Shown here: piece by piece, positions 36,295 through 45,904 of the stretch
How the letters are laid out: each line of letters starts with the position of its first letter
Numbering within the stretch: position 1 is the first letter of the stretch
NCBI GenBank assembly: GCA_043821365.1
Contig: JBDRCX010000006.1
Location: 320,001 to 384,000, forward strand
Length of the DNA: 64,000 bases
Reading direction: 5' to 3'
Source of the DNA: Candidatus Micrarchaeota archaeon
GTDB lineage: Archaea > Micrarchaeota > Micrarchaeia > Anstonellales > Bilamarchaeaceae
Notes under the pieces: model-generated
Database searches by the model: none
Told to the model about the DNA's origin: nothing
The model's input: only the letters and a program-made list of their open reading frames with translations
Program-made: the position numbers and the translations under genes

Positions 36295-36596
36295 TTTCCA
36301 GCTTCGACTTCAACCATAAGTTTTATTGGTTTTTTCGAAGTAGGAAAAACAAAATCTATCTGTTGCCCTCTTCTTATTCTTTTTCTTTCAAAAACCATCT
36401 GTTCTCCACTAACCCATATTTTAACTACCACTCTATCGATATTCTTTTTGGCAGTTATGGTTAGGCAGGTGTTTTTCCCCTCTAATTTTTTCTTGTATTT
36501 GAATGGTTTTAATGATATGGAAAAAAGTATTATCACTATGATGAGAGCAAGAACAAGCCCACCATTACACAGAAGTATGGTTATCTCATCTTCCAT
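36273..36596 (-). CDS. Small single-TM protein with beta domain
   Basis: ATG overlaps the PIN gene stop (TGATG); N-terminal TM. Confidence 0.7.
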   Translation of the reverse strand: MEDEITILLCNGGLVLALIIVIILFSISLKPFKYKKKLEGKNTCLTITAKKNIDRVVVKIWVSGEQMVFERKRIRRGQQIDFVFPTSKKPIKLMVEVEAGNQRVFEV

Positions 36597-36985
36597 CAAA
36601 CATACCCTAGTTTAGATTTTGATTTCATAGTTATTGCCTTTATCCTTGCTTCTCTCAGTCGTTTTCTTAATTTACTATCATTTGTGCATACAATCGCATT
36701 GAAAGTCTTGGCATACTCTACTATCCAATCATCAACATAATCATTATTTTCAACTATGGTTATCTTTTTGCTATTTGCAACAACAAGCTTCAAAGCAAGT
36801 CTTGCGGCCATCCCATCTTTACCAATGCGCTTACCAAGAGTTTCCAACTCAGTTATTGTTCTTGACGATATCACATAGTTGTGACTAATCTCAATAAGAT
36901 AATCCAATTCTCTGAAAATGTCTATTTTAAACTGGAAGGGAATAAGAAGAAAGTTAGTATCTAATATCACTGGTCGTTGGGACAT
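36596..36985 (-). CDS. PIN-domain protein, Fcf1/Utp23-like
   Basis: VILDTNFLL, YVDDWI and VCTNDSKLRKR motifs. Confidence 0.92.
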   Translation of the reverse strand: MSQRPVILDTNFLLIPFQFKIDIFRELDYLIEISHNYVISSRTITELETLGKRIGKDGMAARLALKLVVANSKKITIVENNDYVDDWIVEYAKTFNAIVCTNDSKLRKRLREARIKAITMKSKSKLGYV

Positions 36986-37019
36986 GATTAGCAGACTTCC
37001 TCTAACAATATAAACTTTA

Positions 37020-37412
37020 TTATTTTATACCAAGAACCTCTCTTACTTTATCAGTGTCATTTGCTGAGGGGCATATTGCAACTTCTGTGTAATCTTGTTT
37101 TTTACTAACAATATAAACACTTTCAAGGCTTATACCTCGGTTTGCCAATTTTCTAGTAACTTTGCCCAGTTCACCTGGTCTATTTATCATCTTATATACT
37201 ATAGTTTCTGCCTCGCTTATCCTGAACTGTGGCGATTTTGACAATGCTTTAGTTGCAGTTGCAACGTCGTTAGTCAACACTCTAAAAATTGCATTATTCT
37301 GTGAGCCGTATGCTGCTATGGCTTCTATATTTACTCCAACTGAACCAAGTATCTCAGCAACAGCTGCCAATGATCCAACTTCGTTGTTTGCCACTATAGT
37401 TATCTCTTTCAT
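37020..37412 (-). CDS. Tandem ACT-domain protein
   Basis: NEVGSLAAVAEILGSVGVNI and NRPGELGKVTRKLANRGISL. Confidence 0.9.
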   Translation of the reverse strand: MKEITIVANNEVGSLAAVAEILGSVGVNIEAIAAYGSQNNAIFRVLTNDVATATKALSKSPQFRISEAETIVYKMINRPGELGKVTRKLANRGISLESVYIVSKKQDYTEVAICPSANDTDKVREVLGIK

Positions 37413-37472
37413 TTCACCACCCTATCCATTATTTAACTCAAAATTAAATAATCTTCTCTTGTCAATCAGATT

Positions 37473-37787
37473 ATGGGCCTTAAGCAGAATATACTTGGCA
37501 AGCTTAGTGAAGTTAATGATCCTGAGCTTGGAATAAATATTGTTGATCTAGGGCTCATATACTCAGTTGATGTGAAAAGAAAAAAGAAAGATGAGCAGCA
37601 GAAAGTCTTTATCAAAATGACATTTACTACACCTGCGTGCCCACTGATTAATGATATTCTTAATGAAATAAAAACAAAACTTGACGAGTTTAAGGAATTG
37701 GATATTGAGATCTCAGTTGTTTTTGATCCTCCTTGGACACCTGATATGCTATCTAGTCGTGCAAAAATACAATTAGGGATGGTATGA
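37473..37787 (+). CDS. Metal-sulfur cluster assembly factor (SufT/PaaD/DUF59)
   Basis: DPELGINIVDLGLIY, MTFTTPACP and FDPPWTPDM motifs. Confidence 0.93.
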   Translation: MGLKQNILGKLSEVNDPELGINIVDLGLIYSVDVKRKKKDEQQKVFIKMTFTTPACPLINDILNEIKTKLDEFKELDIEISVVFDPPWTPDMLSSRAKIQLGMV

Positions 37788-37824
37788 TGTTTATCATCTT
37801 CAAAGAGAATAAGAGGCTGGTCTA

Positions 37825-39126
37825 ATGATGTTAACATTTTATGGTGGTGCACAGGAAGTTGGTAGAGTTTGCATGCTTTTAGAAGAAAACCACAAAAATC
37901 TGCTTTTAGATTGCGGTATCAAACTCGGAGAAACAACCGAATATCCTCTTATTGATGATTCCGAACTATCAAAAATAAAAAACATTTCAATTTCTCATGC
38001 CCACCTAGATCATAGTGGTTATTTGCCACATGTATACTCAAAAAAAGCACGACCAAAGATATTCATGACAAAACCAACCAGAGATCTTGTTGGTGTATTG
38101 TTGGCTGATTACCATCGTATACAGGCAGCCAAGCATGAAGGTAAGCGTCTTTTTAGTTCAAAGGATGTTGAGGGGGTTATGCAGGATGCTAATATGGTGG
38201 AGTACAATACGCATTTTCAGGCTGGTTTTAAGCTTTGTTTCCACTCTGCTGGCCATATAATGGGCAGTGCGATGACCATGATCGAAAATGCCAATAAAAA
38301 AATACTTTTTAGTGGGGACATATGTATGCGTAAAACCCGTATCCTTGATTCTTGTGAAAGAGGATTACGGTCAGACATTCTAATAGTTGAAAACACATAT
38401 GGTTCAAGAGGCGATGCCATACCGAGTTATAGGGAAAGCTATCAGAAGCTCATCACCATAATAAAAGAAACCCTAGATAAGGGCGGACACGTAATAATCC
38501 CAAGCTTTGCAGTTGGTAGGGCACAGGAGGTTCTTCTTGCTCTGGATGATTATATGCGTTCAGGCGCAATACCGAAAACAAAGATATTTATCGACGGGAT
38601 GATTGGAAAGGCAATGAAAATTTATCGCCATAATGCTATCTATGCTAATGATGATATCAAAAGAAGGATTTTGATGAGTGAGGATGACCCTTTCAAAAGT
38701 CCCAATTTCCACCATCCTCGTTCTAAAACTCGTGAAGATGTCCTGAAGGAGCCATGCATAATAGTCACTACCTCAGGGATGCTTTCTGGAGGTCCTGTGC
38801 TGTTTTATTTGGAGAAACTTGCAGGAAACCCAAGAAATGCAATTGTTTTTGTTGGTTATCAAGCTGAGGGCACCACAGGTAGCAAGGTCATTCAAAATGA
38901 GAAAAAAATACAAATTTACGACAAAGAGATTGAACTAAAATTAAGAGTGGAAAGCATACGTCTTTCTGGTCATGCAGATTTTAATGAACTAACACAATAC
39001 TGCAGATCAATCAAAGGTCTAAAGAAAATCTTCCTTATGCATGGTGAAAAATCAGAATTGAAAGAAGTGCTGGATAATGATTATGAAGTCATAATTCCAA
39101 GACAATTAGAAACATATTCTATTTAG
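37825..39126 (+). CDS. MBL-fold beta-CASP ribonuclease
   Basis: GGAQEVGR, SHAHLDHSG, AGHIMGS, ENTYG, PSFAVGRAQE and LSGHAD motifs. Confidence 0.93.
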   Translation: MMLTFYGGAQEVGRVCMLLEENHKNLLLDCGIKLGETTEYPLIDDSELSKIKNISISHAHLDHSGYLPHVYSKKARPKIFMTKPTRDLVGVLLADYHRIQAAKHEGKRLFSSKDVEGVMQDANMVEYNTHFQAGFKLCFHSAGHIMGSAMTMIENANKKILFSGDICMRKTRILDSCERGLRSDILIVENTYGSRGDAIPSYRESYQKLITIIKETLDKGGHVIIPSFAVGRAQEVLLALDDYMRSGAIPKTKIFIDGMIGKAMKIYRHNAIYANDDIKRRILMSEDDPFKSPNFHHPRSKTREDVLKEPCIIVTTSGMLSGGPVLFYLEKLAGNPRNAIVFVGYQAEGTTGSKVIQNEKKIQIYDKEIELKLRVESIRLSGHADFNELTQYCRSIKGLKKIFLMHGEKSELKEVLDNDYEVIIPRQLETYSI

Positions 39127-39827
39127 ATTTTCATTTTTTCATACAATTCATTCAATTTTTTTTCGTCGATAAATTCCAAAAGACGATTACAACGATCACA
39201 GCGGAAATCAATTCCAGCTGCAGATTCAAAATTTGTTATACTTGATGCCCCACAAGAAGGACAAAAATAATGGTCAGAATTTTCATTCAGTCCAATCCTG
39301 CTTGTTTGTATGGTTGCCCATTTTTCAATTTTATCATGATTCAAAGACCAACTATACGAATACCATCCAGTTTCACTGTCTTTTTCACGAATATAATTAA
39401 CCAAACCCTCGTTATGTAATTTATTGAGGGTTGCTCTAACGTCACTAATTCTTATCTTAAGCTTTTTTGCCAAATCTTCGTCACTGTTGTTCCCATAGAA
39501 GCTTTTAACCATGGAGAGTGCATTTTCCCCTCCTATTTCTATGAGTGTTTGTCTAATTCCTGCATCACTAAGTATTTTTATGACTTTTGACATTCTTTTC
39601 TGTTCTTCATGCTGTTTAAGCTTTAACAAATCTTGTGCAGCTTTTTTTGCTGCCCTCTCTAAAGCTATCTTCGATGGTTTCTTTAGTGCTATTTTCACTG
39701 ATTTTTTCTTCAAGACCACTCTTTTTGCAGTTTTTTTCTTTAAAACTACTTTCTTTACAGTTGCCTTTTTTGGCTTTGTAACAGCCTTCTTTTTAGAAGT
39801 ATTTTTCTTATTTTTTTTGATCGCCAC
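39123..39827 (-). CDS. tfe: Transcription factor E (TFE) with Lys-rich N-terminal extension
   Basis: Winged helix SDEDLAKKLKI...GWYSYSW; Zn ribbon CPSC/CDRC; about 65-aa basic extension. Confidence 0.88.
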   Translation of the reverse strand: MAIKKNKKNTSKKKAVTKPKKATVKKVVLKKKTAKRVVLKKKSVKIALKKPSKIALERAAKKAAQDLLKLKQHEEQKRMSKVIKILSDAGIRQTLIEIGGENALSMVKSFYGNNSDEDLAKKLKIRISDVRATLNKLHNEGLVNYIREKDSETGWYSYSWSLNHDKIEKWATIQTSRIGLNENSDHYFCPSCGASSITNFESAAGIDFRCDRCNRLLEFIDEKKLNELYEKMKI

Positions 39828-39895
39828 ACTATCACCCTTTTTTCAACAGAACTTATTAATTACGCATTTTTTATATATAAACCTTTGCTTTTTAG

Positions 39896-41074
39896 TTATT
39901 TTTTATGAGAATAAGTGTTTTCAATCTTTTTATATATATCGATGGTTGCTCCTATGCTTTTCTCTATGGAGTACTCTTTTGCACGGATTTTAGCAGCTTT
40001 TGACATTTTTTTTCTAAGTGTTCCATTATTCAAGAGCATTTCCATTGCATTGGCAAGATCATCAATATTATCTGGTTCCACCAACAACCCTGTTTTTCCA
40101 TGTAATATTATCTCTTTTGGTCCCAATCTCTTTACGCCTATTGTTGGTAGACCCAGAGACATAGCTTCTACAAATGTTAGGCCAAATGTTTCACTATTCG
40201 AAGCTGATACAAATATGTTTCCACATGCATAAGCAGTTCCAATCTCCTTTGCATCCAAGAAACCAGTGAAAATTATGTTTTCTATCCTCAGACTCACTGC
40301 CATTTCTTTGAATTTTTTCAGATAGGGCCCACCACCAGCAACCACGAGGATTCTATCTTCTTTTTCTATTTTTTTGTATGCCTCTAATAGAATGTCTATA
40401 TTTTTTTCAAAACTGACTCTACCTAGGTATATTAGTATTTTTTTGTTATCTGGTATGTTGTGTTTTTTTCTAAACCTATTTAACTGTTCTTTTGTGTATC
40501 TGAGTTTTTTGAAATCAATTCCATTTGGGAGGTGAGTTACTTGTTTAAGTCCGTAGGATTCAAGTTCTTTTACTAATTCTGTTGTTGGAGCAGTTACAAC
40601 ATCTACTCTTTTGAAAACATGATTTATCATTTTTTTTACTGCTGTTTTACTTATACTATCAAATACTTCTGGTAGTTTTCCACTAAGTAAATGCGGGATA
40701 TAATCAGGGAAATGTGTGTGGTATGTGGCTATTGTAGGTATTTTCTTCTGTTTTGCTGCTAAGAGTCCCTGCAATCCAAGGTTTATCGGCGCATGTGCAT
40801 GAACAACATCAGGGAGTTCTTTTTCTAAAATATCGCTTATTCTTTTGTAATTCATCGATGCTACTCTGTAGCCATCATAGAATGGAAATGGTGATGAAGG
40901 TATCCAATATATTTTGAAGTTTTTTGTTTTTTTCTGGATTTTGAGGGTATTCTCTCCGGGGGCAAAAAGTATTATTTCATTTTTCTTCGAGATTTCTTTT
41001 ATTGCATCATTCAGATATATAGCCACTCCGTTGAGTTGTGGCAAGTATGTATCAGTGAAAAACGCAATCTTCAT
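39896..41074 (-). CDS. Glycosyltransferase family 4
   Basis: MKIAFFTDTYLPQLNGV, YLGRVSFEKN and ETFGLTFVEAM motifs. Confidence 0.93.
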   Translation of the reverse strand: MKIAFFTDTYLPQLNGVAIYLNDAIKEISKKNEIILFAPGENTLKIQKKTKNFKIYWIPSSPFPFYDGYRVASMNYKRISDILEKELPDVVHAHAPINLGLQGLLAAKQKKIPTIATYHTHFPDYIPHLLSGKLPEVFDSISKTAVKKMINHVFKRVDVVTAPTTELVKELESYGLKQVTHLPNGIDFKKLRYTKEQLNRFRKKHNIPDNKKILIYLGRVSFEKNIDILLEAYKKIEKEDRILVVAGGGPYLKKFKEMAVSLRIENIIFTGFLDAKEIGTAYACGNIFVSASNSETFGLTFVEAMSLGLPTIGVKRLGPKEIILHGKTGLLVEPDNIDDLANAMEMLLNNGTLRKKMSKAAKIRAKEYSIEKSIGATIDIYKKIENTYSHKK

Positions 41075-41112
41075 TATGAAAACCCTCTACAAACTAAAAT
41101 ATAAAAAGAAAA

Positions 41113-42492
41113 TTAATTAGGTATTGGCGGTAATGGAATGGTGCCATTTGCTGTTCCATTTTGCAATTCTATAATGTATTTGACAAAGTCTATTGTGGAA
41201 TTTACAAGCCCAAATATGTACTCTGGATCCATCCCAGTCGCATTTGTATAATTGTAGTTTATACATTCAAATGCCATCGTTTGGTTCTGTATGTAACTAC
41301 AGTAGGTGGTGTTTTTGTGGTATGTTGCCTGCATCATGTTGCAACTGTCTTTGCTGTTTACATCTGTCATAGTATCGCAGATATTCTGTTCTTGTTGAAT
41401 AGTAACTCCAGCTGCGGTATCACAATCCTCAAGTTTGCTTGAATTGATTATCATACTACAATAGCTTTGATTTTTGTATACACCTGCCAATTCTATGTAA
41501 CAATTATCCTTGTATCCACTATCACTTATCAAAGTGCAAATTGTCGTATCTTTTGTTGTTAGCACTAACGATATTAAACAAAGATCTCTTCTTTGTCCCG
41601 CTGAATCACACAAATCTTTTCTTTTAAGTACGAGTGCCAGGTCCATTATGCATTTGTCCCTATCATTTCCTTCTTTTTCTATATAACATTTTACTAAGTT
41701 GGTGTACTGTCCCCGTTCATTGTAAAGAATTGAAGTTATACTCTCTACTAAAGTAGATGGTTTTGTTATATTCGCCCCGCTATCTTTGAATGTTGCTTGT
41801 ATCTCATAGGTGTGTATTCTACCATTTAGGGAGTAATTAAAATATTTATTATAAACCATACCTGTTTGGTTGTCTATGCACATTCTCCAGTTGAATTTTT
41901 TTGGTGAATTTGAGGATATACCAAACCTCGCAGCATCATTGAGAGAGATACTTGAAAAATCTATTTCGTAACTGATTTCTTCGCATTCATTTCCGTTTAT
42001 GGTTGTTGTTTCCATACTAGCATCAAGATTAAGGTAATTGTTCTCAATCAAATATGTAATGTCGTTTTTGTTTTTCTCTATTATCAAATCATTGAAGAAT
42101 TTTGATGATAAAGATTCAACATAATTTTGAAGATCTAGATCTTCATTTACATATGCACAGCTTTCATTTGCAGTGAGGGGATATTTTATGCACATTATGG
42201 TTTCATTTGTGAAGAAGAATGCTCTCTTGATTGACAATGGATTCTGGACAACTATACTTCTATTATCATAGTTCTTTTCTAACAGATATTCTGTTTTATA
42301 TCCATCTGCAATTTCAGTATAAGAGAACACATAATCATTTTCTCCGAGTCCAAATCGCATTCCTTTCAAAAGCAGTTCTTCTGCAGCTGTAGTATCCTCA
42401 GGTATTAATGGTTGCTGCATTGCAACTGTAAAATAAATTGCTATGATCGCTAGTACTGCAACAACCATAATTACTATCTTTTGATATCCCAT
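41113..42492 (-). CDS. Exported protein with LolA-like beta domain and Cys-pair repeats
   Basis: N-terminal TM; TTINGNECEEISY...MCIDNQTGMV; about 25-aa D-x-C...ICxxI repeats. Confidence 0.7.
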   Translation of the reverse strand: MGYQKIVIMVVAVLAIIAIYFTVAMQQPLIPEDTTAAEELLLKGMRFGLGENDYVFSYTEIADGYKTEYLLEKNYDNRSIVVQNPLSIKRAFFFTNETIMCIKYPLTANESCAYVNEDLDLQNYVESLSSKFFNDLIIEKNKNDITYLIENNYLNLDASMETTTINGNECEEISYEIDFSSISLNDAARFGISSNSPKKFNWRMCIDNQTGMVYNKYFNYSLNGRIHTYEIQATFKDSGANITKPSTLVESITSILYNERGQYTNLVKCYIEKEGNDRDKCIMDLALVLKRKDLCDSAGQRRDLCLISLVLTTKDTTICTLISDSGYKDNCYIELAGVYKNQSYCSMIINSSKLEDCDTAAGVTIQQEQNICDTMTDVNSKDSCNMMQATYHKNTTYCSYIQNQTMAFECINYNYTNATGMDPEYIFGLVNSTIDFVKYIIELQNGTANGTIPLPPIPN

Positions 42493-42557
42493 TTATTCAC
42501 CTTAATTGCTAACATGTAGAAAATAATCCTTATTAAGTATTCCTACGAATTCTATTT

Positions 42558-43106
42558 ATGAATCTTGTGCCAAAATACGTTTTTTTTACTAAGGGGGTTG
42601 GGAAAAGTAGCGAACAATTAACTTCTTTTGAATTTGCTTTACGTGATGCCGGCATTGCACCATACAATATAGTTACTGTATCAAGCATACTGCCTCCAAA
42701 CGCGAAAATAATTCCGAGAAATGAAGGTCTCAAATTATTAAAGCCAGGCCAGATTCTTTTTGTGGTGATGTCACGGTTAGCATCAAATGAACCTAATCGT
42801 CTTCTATCCGCTTCAATTGGTTGTGCCATACCTTCGAATAGAAACAAGTATGGTTATCTAAGTGAACATCATTCATTTGGTCAAACCGAGGAGAAGGCAG
42901 GTGATTATGCAGAAGACCTGGCAGCGTCGATGCTTGCATCAACAATAGGCATGGAATTTGATCCAGACAAAGCATGGAACGAGAGAGAACAATATTTCAA
43001 AATGAGTGGGCAGATAGTTAGAACAAGAAATGTTACTCAATCTGCTATCTGTGACAAACATGGGAAATGGACATCTGCTATTGCAGCTGCTGTATTGATA
43101 TTATAA
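42558..43106 (+). CDS. pdaD: Pyruvoyl-dependent arginine decarboxylase
   Basis: SFEFALRDAGIAPYNIVTVSSILPP, GYLSEHH and EDLAASMLAST motifs. Confidence 0.93.
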   Translation: MNLVPKYVFFTKGVGKSSEQLTSFEFALRDAGIAPYNIVTVSSILPPNAKIIPRNEGLKLLKPGQILFVVMSRLASNEPNRLLSASIGCAIPSNRNKYGYLSEHHSFGQTEEKAGDYAEDLAASMLASTIGMEFDPDKAWNEREQYFKMSGQIVRTRNVTQSAICDKHGKWTSAIAAAVLIL

Positions 43107-43134
43107 TAATATCTATATAACATAAAATCATTCG

Positions 43135-43572
43135 GTGATGTTGATGGGTTTATTAGATTCTATTCTTGGAAAAGATTCTTCTGTTGAAGCGCCACCAAAG
43201 GCATCTTCCAATCCATTTAGTATTTCTATTGGGTTTGTACCTTTACGTCTCTCAGCACACAACAAAAGTTCTGTTGATCTTGTTGTCAAGATAAAAAATA
43301 CCTCACATTCCCCACAAATGGTTTCTGTTGACGTACTTCTCCCAAAGGCAACAATGCTTGGTTTTGATCCTGCCTGCATAAACAAGGCTGCAGAAAAAAG
43401 ATTGGGCGAATTGCAACCAGGGGATACAGTGGAAGCGCATCTCACCATGTGGTCAAATAATCAAACAAAACAAGGTAACTATCCAATTGAAGTTTCAGTT
43501 TATTCTCACTATATCAATTATGACAAAGTTCTCAATTATGTAAAGAAGAACACGAGTATTAGGGCAGTCTAA
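43135..43572 (+). CDS. Hypothetical Ig-like/CARDB-like protein
   Basis: Beta-sandwich pattern ...LGELQPGDTVEAHL...GNYPIEVSV; no signal peptide. Confidence 0.65.
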   Translation: MMLMGLLDSILGKDSSVEAPPKASSNPFSISIGFVPLRLSAHNKSSVDLVVKIKNTSHSPQMVSVDVLLPKATMLGFDPACINKAAEKRLGELQPGDTVEAHLTMWSNNQTKQGNYPIEVSVYSHYINYDKVLNYVKKNTSIRAV

Positions 43573-43829
43573 TCTTCTGTTGCATTCTTGAATTCTTCTA
43601 TTGTATTAGCTAGTTTCATTCCAGATTCAGTTAGTTTTACTATTCTCTTTTTACCCTTTTGATCTATTGTGACTAAACCGCCTTTTTGTAATTTTGTTAT
43701 TAATTTTGTCACATATACGTAGGTCGTATCTGTGCTCTTAGCAAGTTTCGAAAGGTGCCAACTAACTTCACTATCTTTTAGTGAAAGTAAGATCCTACAT
43801 GGTTTTGGCCTGGCAAAAATTGCAAACAT
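43569..43829 (-). CDS. Winged-HTH (MarR-like) regulator
   Basis: HLSKLAKSTDTTYVYVTKLITKL...RIVKLTESG. Confidence 0.85.
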   Translation of the reverse strand: MFAIFARPKPCRILLSLKDSEVSWHLSKLAKSTDTTYVYVTKLITKLQKGGLVTIDQKGKKRIVKLTESGMKLANTIEEFKNATED

Positions 43830-43965
43830 GAGCCCCTATACGTTACGCTCTTTTTAAAACCTATCATTTTCGACGTTCTTCTGACGATAGGTTTATAAAA
43901 TCTCTCTCAGTAGACGTCATAGAACTTATCAATGCTCCCGCGCGGGGGGCCAATAGGGTGACGAA

Positions 43966-44181
43966 ATGGGAACAAAAATTGGATCTGAAAGAATTTCGAG
44001 AGAAAATGGATATCTGTACTATGTTGGTAAAGACGGCTTTGTTTGGGCAGCCCCAATGAAGCACAACAAAAGAGGCAGAAAAAAGAAAGTAGGAAGTGAA
44101 AGGGTCTCCAAGGAACAAGGCTTTATGTACTACCTTGGTAAAGACGGCTTTGTTTACAAAGCAAGATTGAAAAATTCCTAA
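43966..44181 (+). CDS. Cc1-family small chromatin protein
   Basis: Two repeats: K(I/V)GSER(I/V)S(R/K)E-x-G(Y/F)-x-YY-x-GKDGFV. Confidence 0.8.
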   Translation: MGTKIGSERISRENGYLYYVGKDGFVWAAPMKHNKRGRKKKVGSERVSKEQGFMYYLGKDGFVYKARLKNS

Positions 44182-44329
44182 AATTTTTCTTCTTTTTTCT
44201 TTTCCTTATATTTTTTAAATCAACCTTATCCAAATCCATATAACTCGTTCTAGTCTGATGGCCATTGTCATAGGGATTAAGACGAAGAAAGTCGGGATCA
44301 GCGAAAGCTACTGACAAAAAGGTGAAAAA

Positions 44330-44716
44330 ATGCGTGTAGTAATATCGGAAAAATCTGGGAAAAGTTATCAGTTTGAACTTCCAAAAGAAAAGGAAGTAAA
44401 CATTATCGGTAAGAAGATTGGAGAAGAACTCGACGGCAACCTTGTTGGGGCCGCTGGCTATGTTCTGAAACTTACTGGTGGAAGTGACGGCAGTGGGTTT
44501 CCTATGAAACAGGAAATTGCCGGGTCTGCAAAAAAACTTACACTTACTACTAATGGCGTTGGTTTCAAAGCAGAAAGAAATGGGGAAAGACGAAGAAAAT
44601 ATGCAAGAGGAAACACTTATTCTGCTGAAATTGTGCAGGTGAATACCCAAGTAAAAAGCGAAGGACCAACCACACTTGATCAACTATTTCCAAAAATAGA
44701 CAAGGAGAAGAAATAA
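44330..44716 (+). CDS. rps6e: 30S ribosomal protein S6e
   Basis: GKSYQ, LKLTGGSDGSGFPM and GERRRKYARGN motifs. Confidence 0.97.
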   Translation: MRVVISEKSGKSYQFELPKEKEVNIIGKKIGEELDGNLVGAAGYVLKLTGGSDGSGFPMKQEIAGSAKKLTLTTNGVGFKAERNGERRRKYARGNTYSAEIVQVNTQVKSEGPTTLDQLFPKIDKEKK

Positions 44717-45903
44717 TGCAAGCTGAAATGAATATTGGAATGTTAGGCCATGTTGATCATGGTAAAACAACACTGACAAAATCACTTACAGGTAAATGGA
44801 CAGATACTCACAGCGAAGAACTCAAAAGAGGGATTTCAATTAGATTGGGGTATGCGGATGCGCACATTTATCATTGTACAAAATGTAAATTATATTTGAC
44901 AAGTGAAAAATGTGGTTGCGGTGCCACAGCAAAATTATCCCGTAAAATCTCAATTGTTGATGCGCCTGGCCATGAAACTCTCATGACTATAGTGATTTCA
45001 GCAACTAGCATTCTTGATGGAGTTTTGTTTTTGATTGCTGCAAATGAACCATGCCCACAACCTCAAACAGCTGAACATCTTCTTGTTCTCAATTCAACTG
45101 GAATAAAGAACATAATTATAGTACAGACAAAAATCGATCTCGTTACCAAGGAAAAAGCTCTTGAAAATTATAAACAAATAAAAACATTCGTTAAGGGTTC
45201 AGCTGCAGAAAACGCTCCAATAATTCCAATATCTGCAAATGCTGGTCTAAATATCGACGTTCTTTTGAAAACAATAACTGAAGTTATGGAAAAACCAGCA
45301 CATGATAAAAAAGCTGAATTAAGGATGTATGTGTCACGTTCATTTGATGTTAATAGGCCTGGTACTGAGATAAAAAATCTTCAGGGTGGAGTTCTCGGAG
45401 GCTCAGTTGTTCAGGGCGCTCTTAATGTAGGGGACGAAATTGAGATAAAACCTGGTATTGTTAAAAAAGAGGGTGGGAAGCTATCTACTGTATTCTGTTC
45501 TGTTCAAAGCATGATGGAAGAAACAGAGTCTCTTAAAACTGCAGAACCAGGAGGACTTATTGCAGTTGCAACAACCCTTGACCCATCACTTACTAAATCA
45601 GACTCACTTGTTGGTTCTGTAATTGGTAAAAAAGGGGAAGTTCCTGATCCAGTAGATACTGTAAATGTAAAATATTCATTACTTAAGCGTACAGACATCC
45701 AGAATGTGCCTCTTAGGGAAAATGAAATGGTAGTTATAAATGTTCATACATCTACTGCAGTTGGTCTTTTGGTAAAACTTGCCAAAGGAATAGCAACAAT
45801 AAAATTGAAGAAGCCAACTGTTGTTTACAAGGATATGCATGTGGCCATTTCAAGGAAAGTTGGACAACGATGGCGTCTTTCTGCATGGGGTAAAGTAGTC
45901 TGA
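44716..45903 (+). CDS. eif2g: Translation initiation factor 2 gamma subunit
   Basis: GHVDHGKTT, DTHSEELKRGISIRLGY, DAPGHE and PQPQTAEH motifs. Confidence 0.97.
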   Translation: MQAEMNIGMLGHVDHGKTTLTKSLTGKWTDTHSEELKRGISIRLGYADAHIYHCTKCKLYLTSEKCGCGATAKLSRKISIVDAPGHETLMTIVISATSILDGVLFLIAANEPCPQPQTAEHLLVLNSTGIKNIIIVQTKIDLVTKEKALENYKQIKTFVKGSAAENAPIIPISANAGLNIDVLLKTITEVMEKPAHDKKAELRMYVSRSFDVNRPGTEIKNLQGGVLGGSVVQGALNVGDEIEIKPGIVKKEGGKLSTVFCSVQSMMEETESLKTAEPGGLIAVATTLDPSLTKSDSLVGSVIGKKGEVPDPVDTVNVKYSLLKRTDIQNVPLRENEMVVINVHTSTAVGLLVKLAKGIATIKLKKPTVVYKDMHVAISRKVGQRWRLSAWGKVV

Positions 45904-45904
45904 T

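Noticed and set aside
44252-44315. Hammerhead ribozyme, fluoride riboswitch or box C/D sRNA
   Set aside because: Core is CTGATGG rather than CUGANGA, with no cleavage triplet geometry; internal D'/C' boxes and terminal stem are unconvincing; kept only as a structured-leader finding
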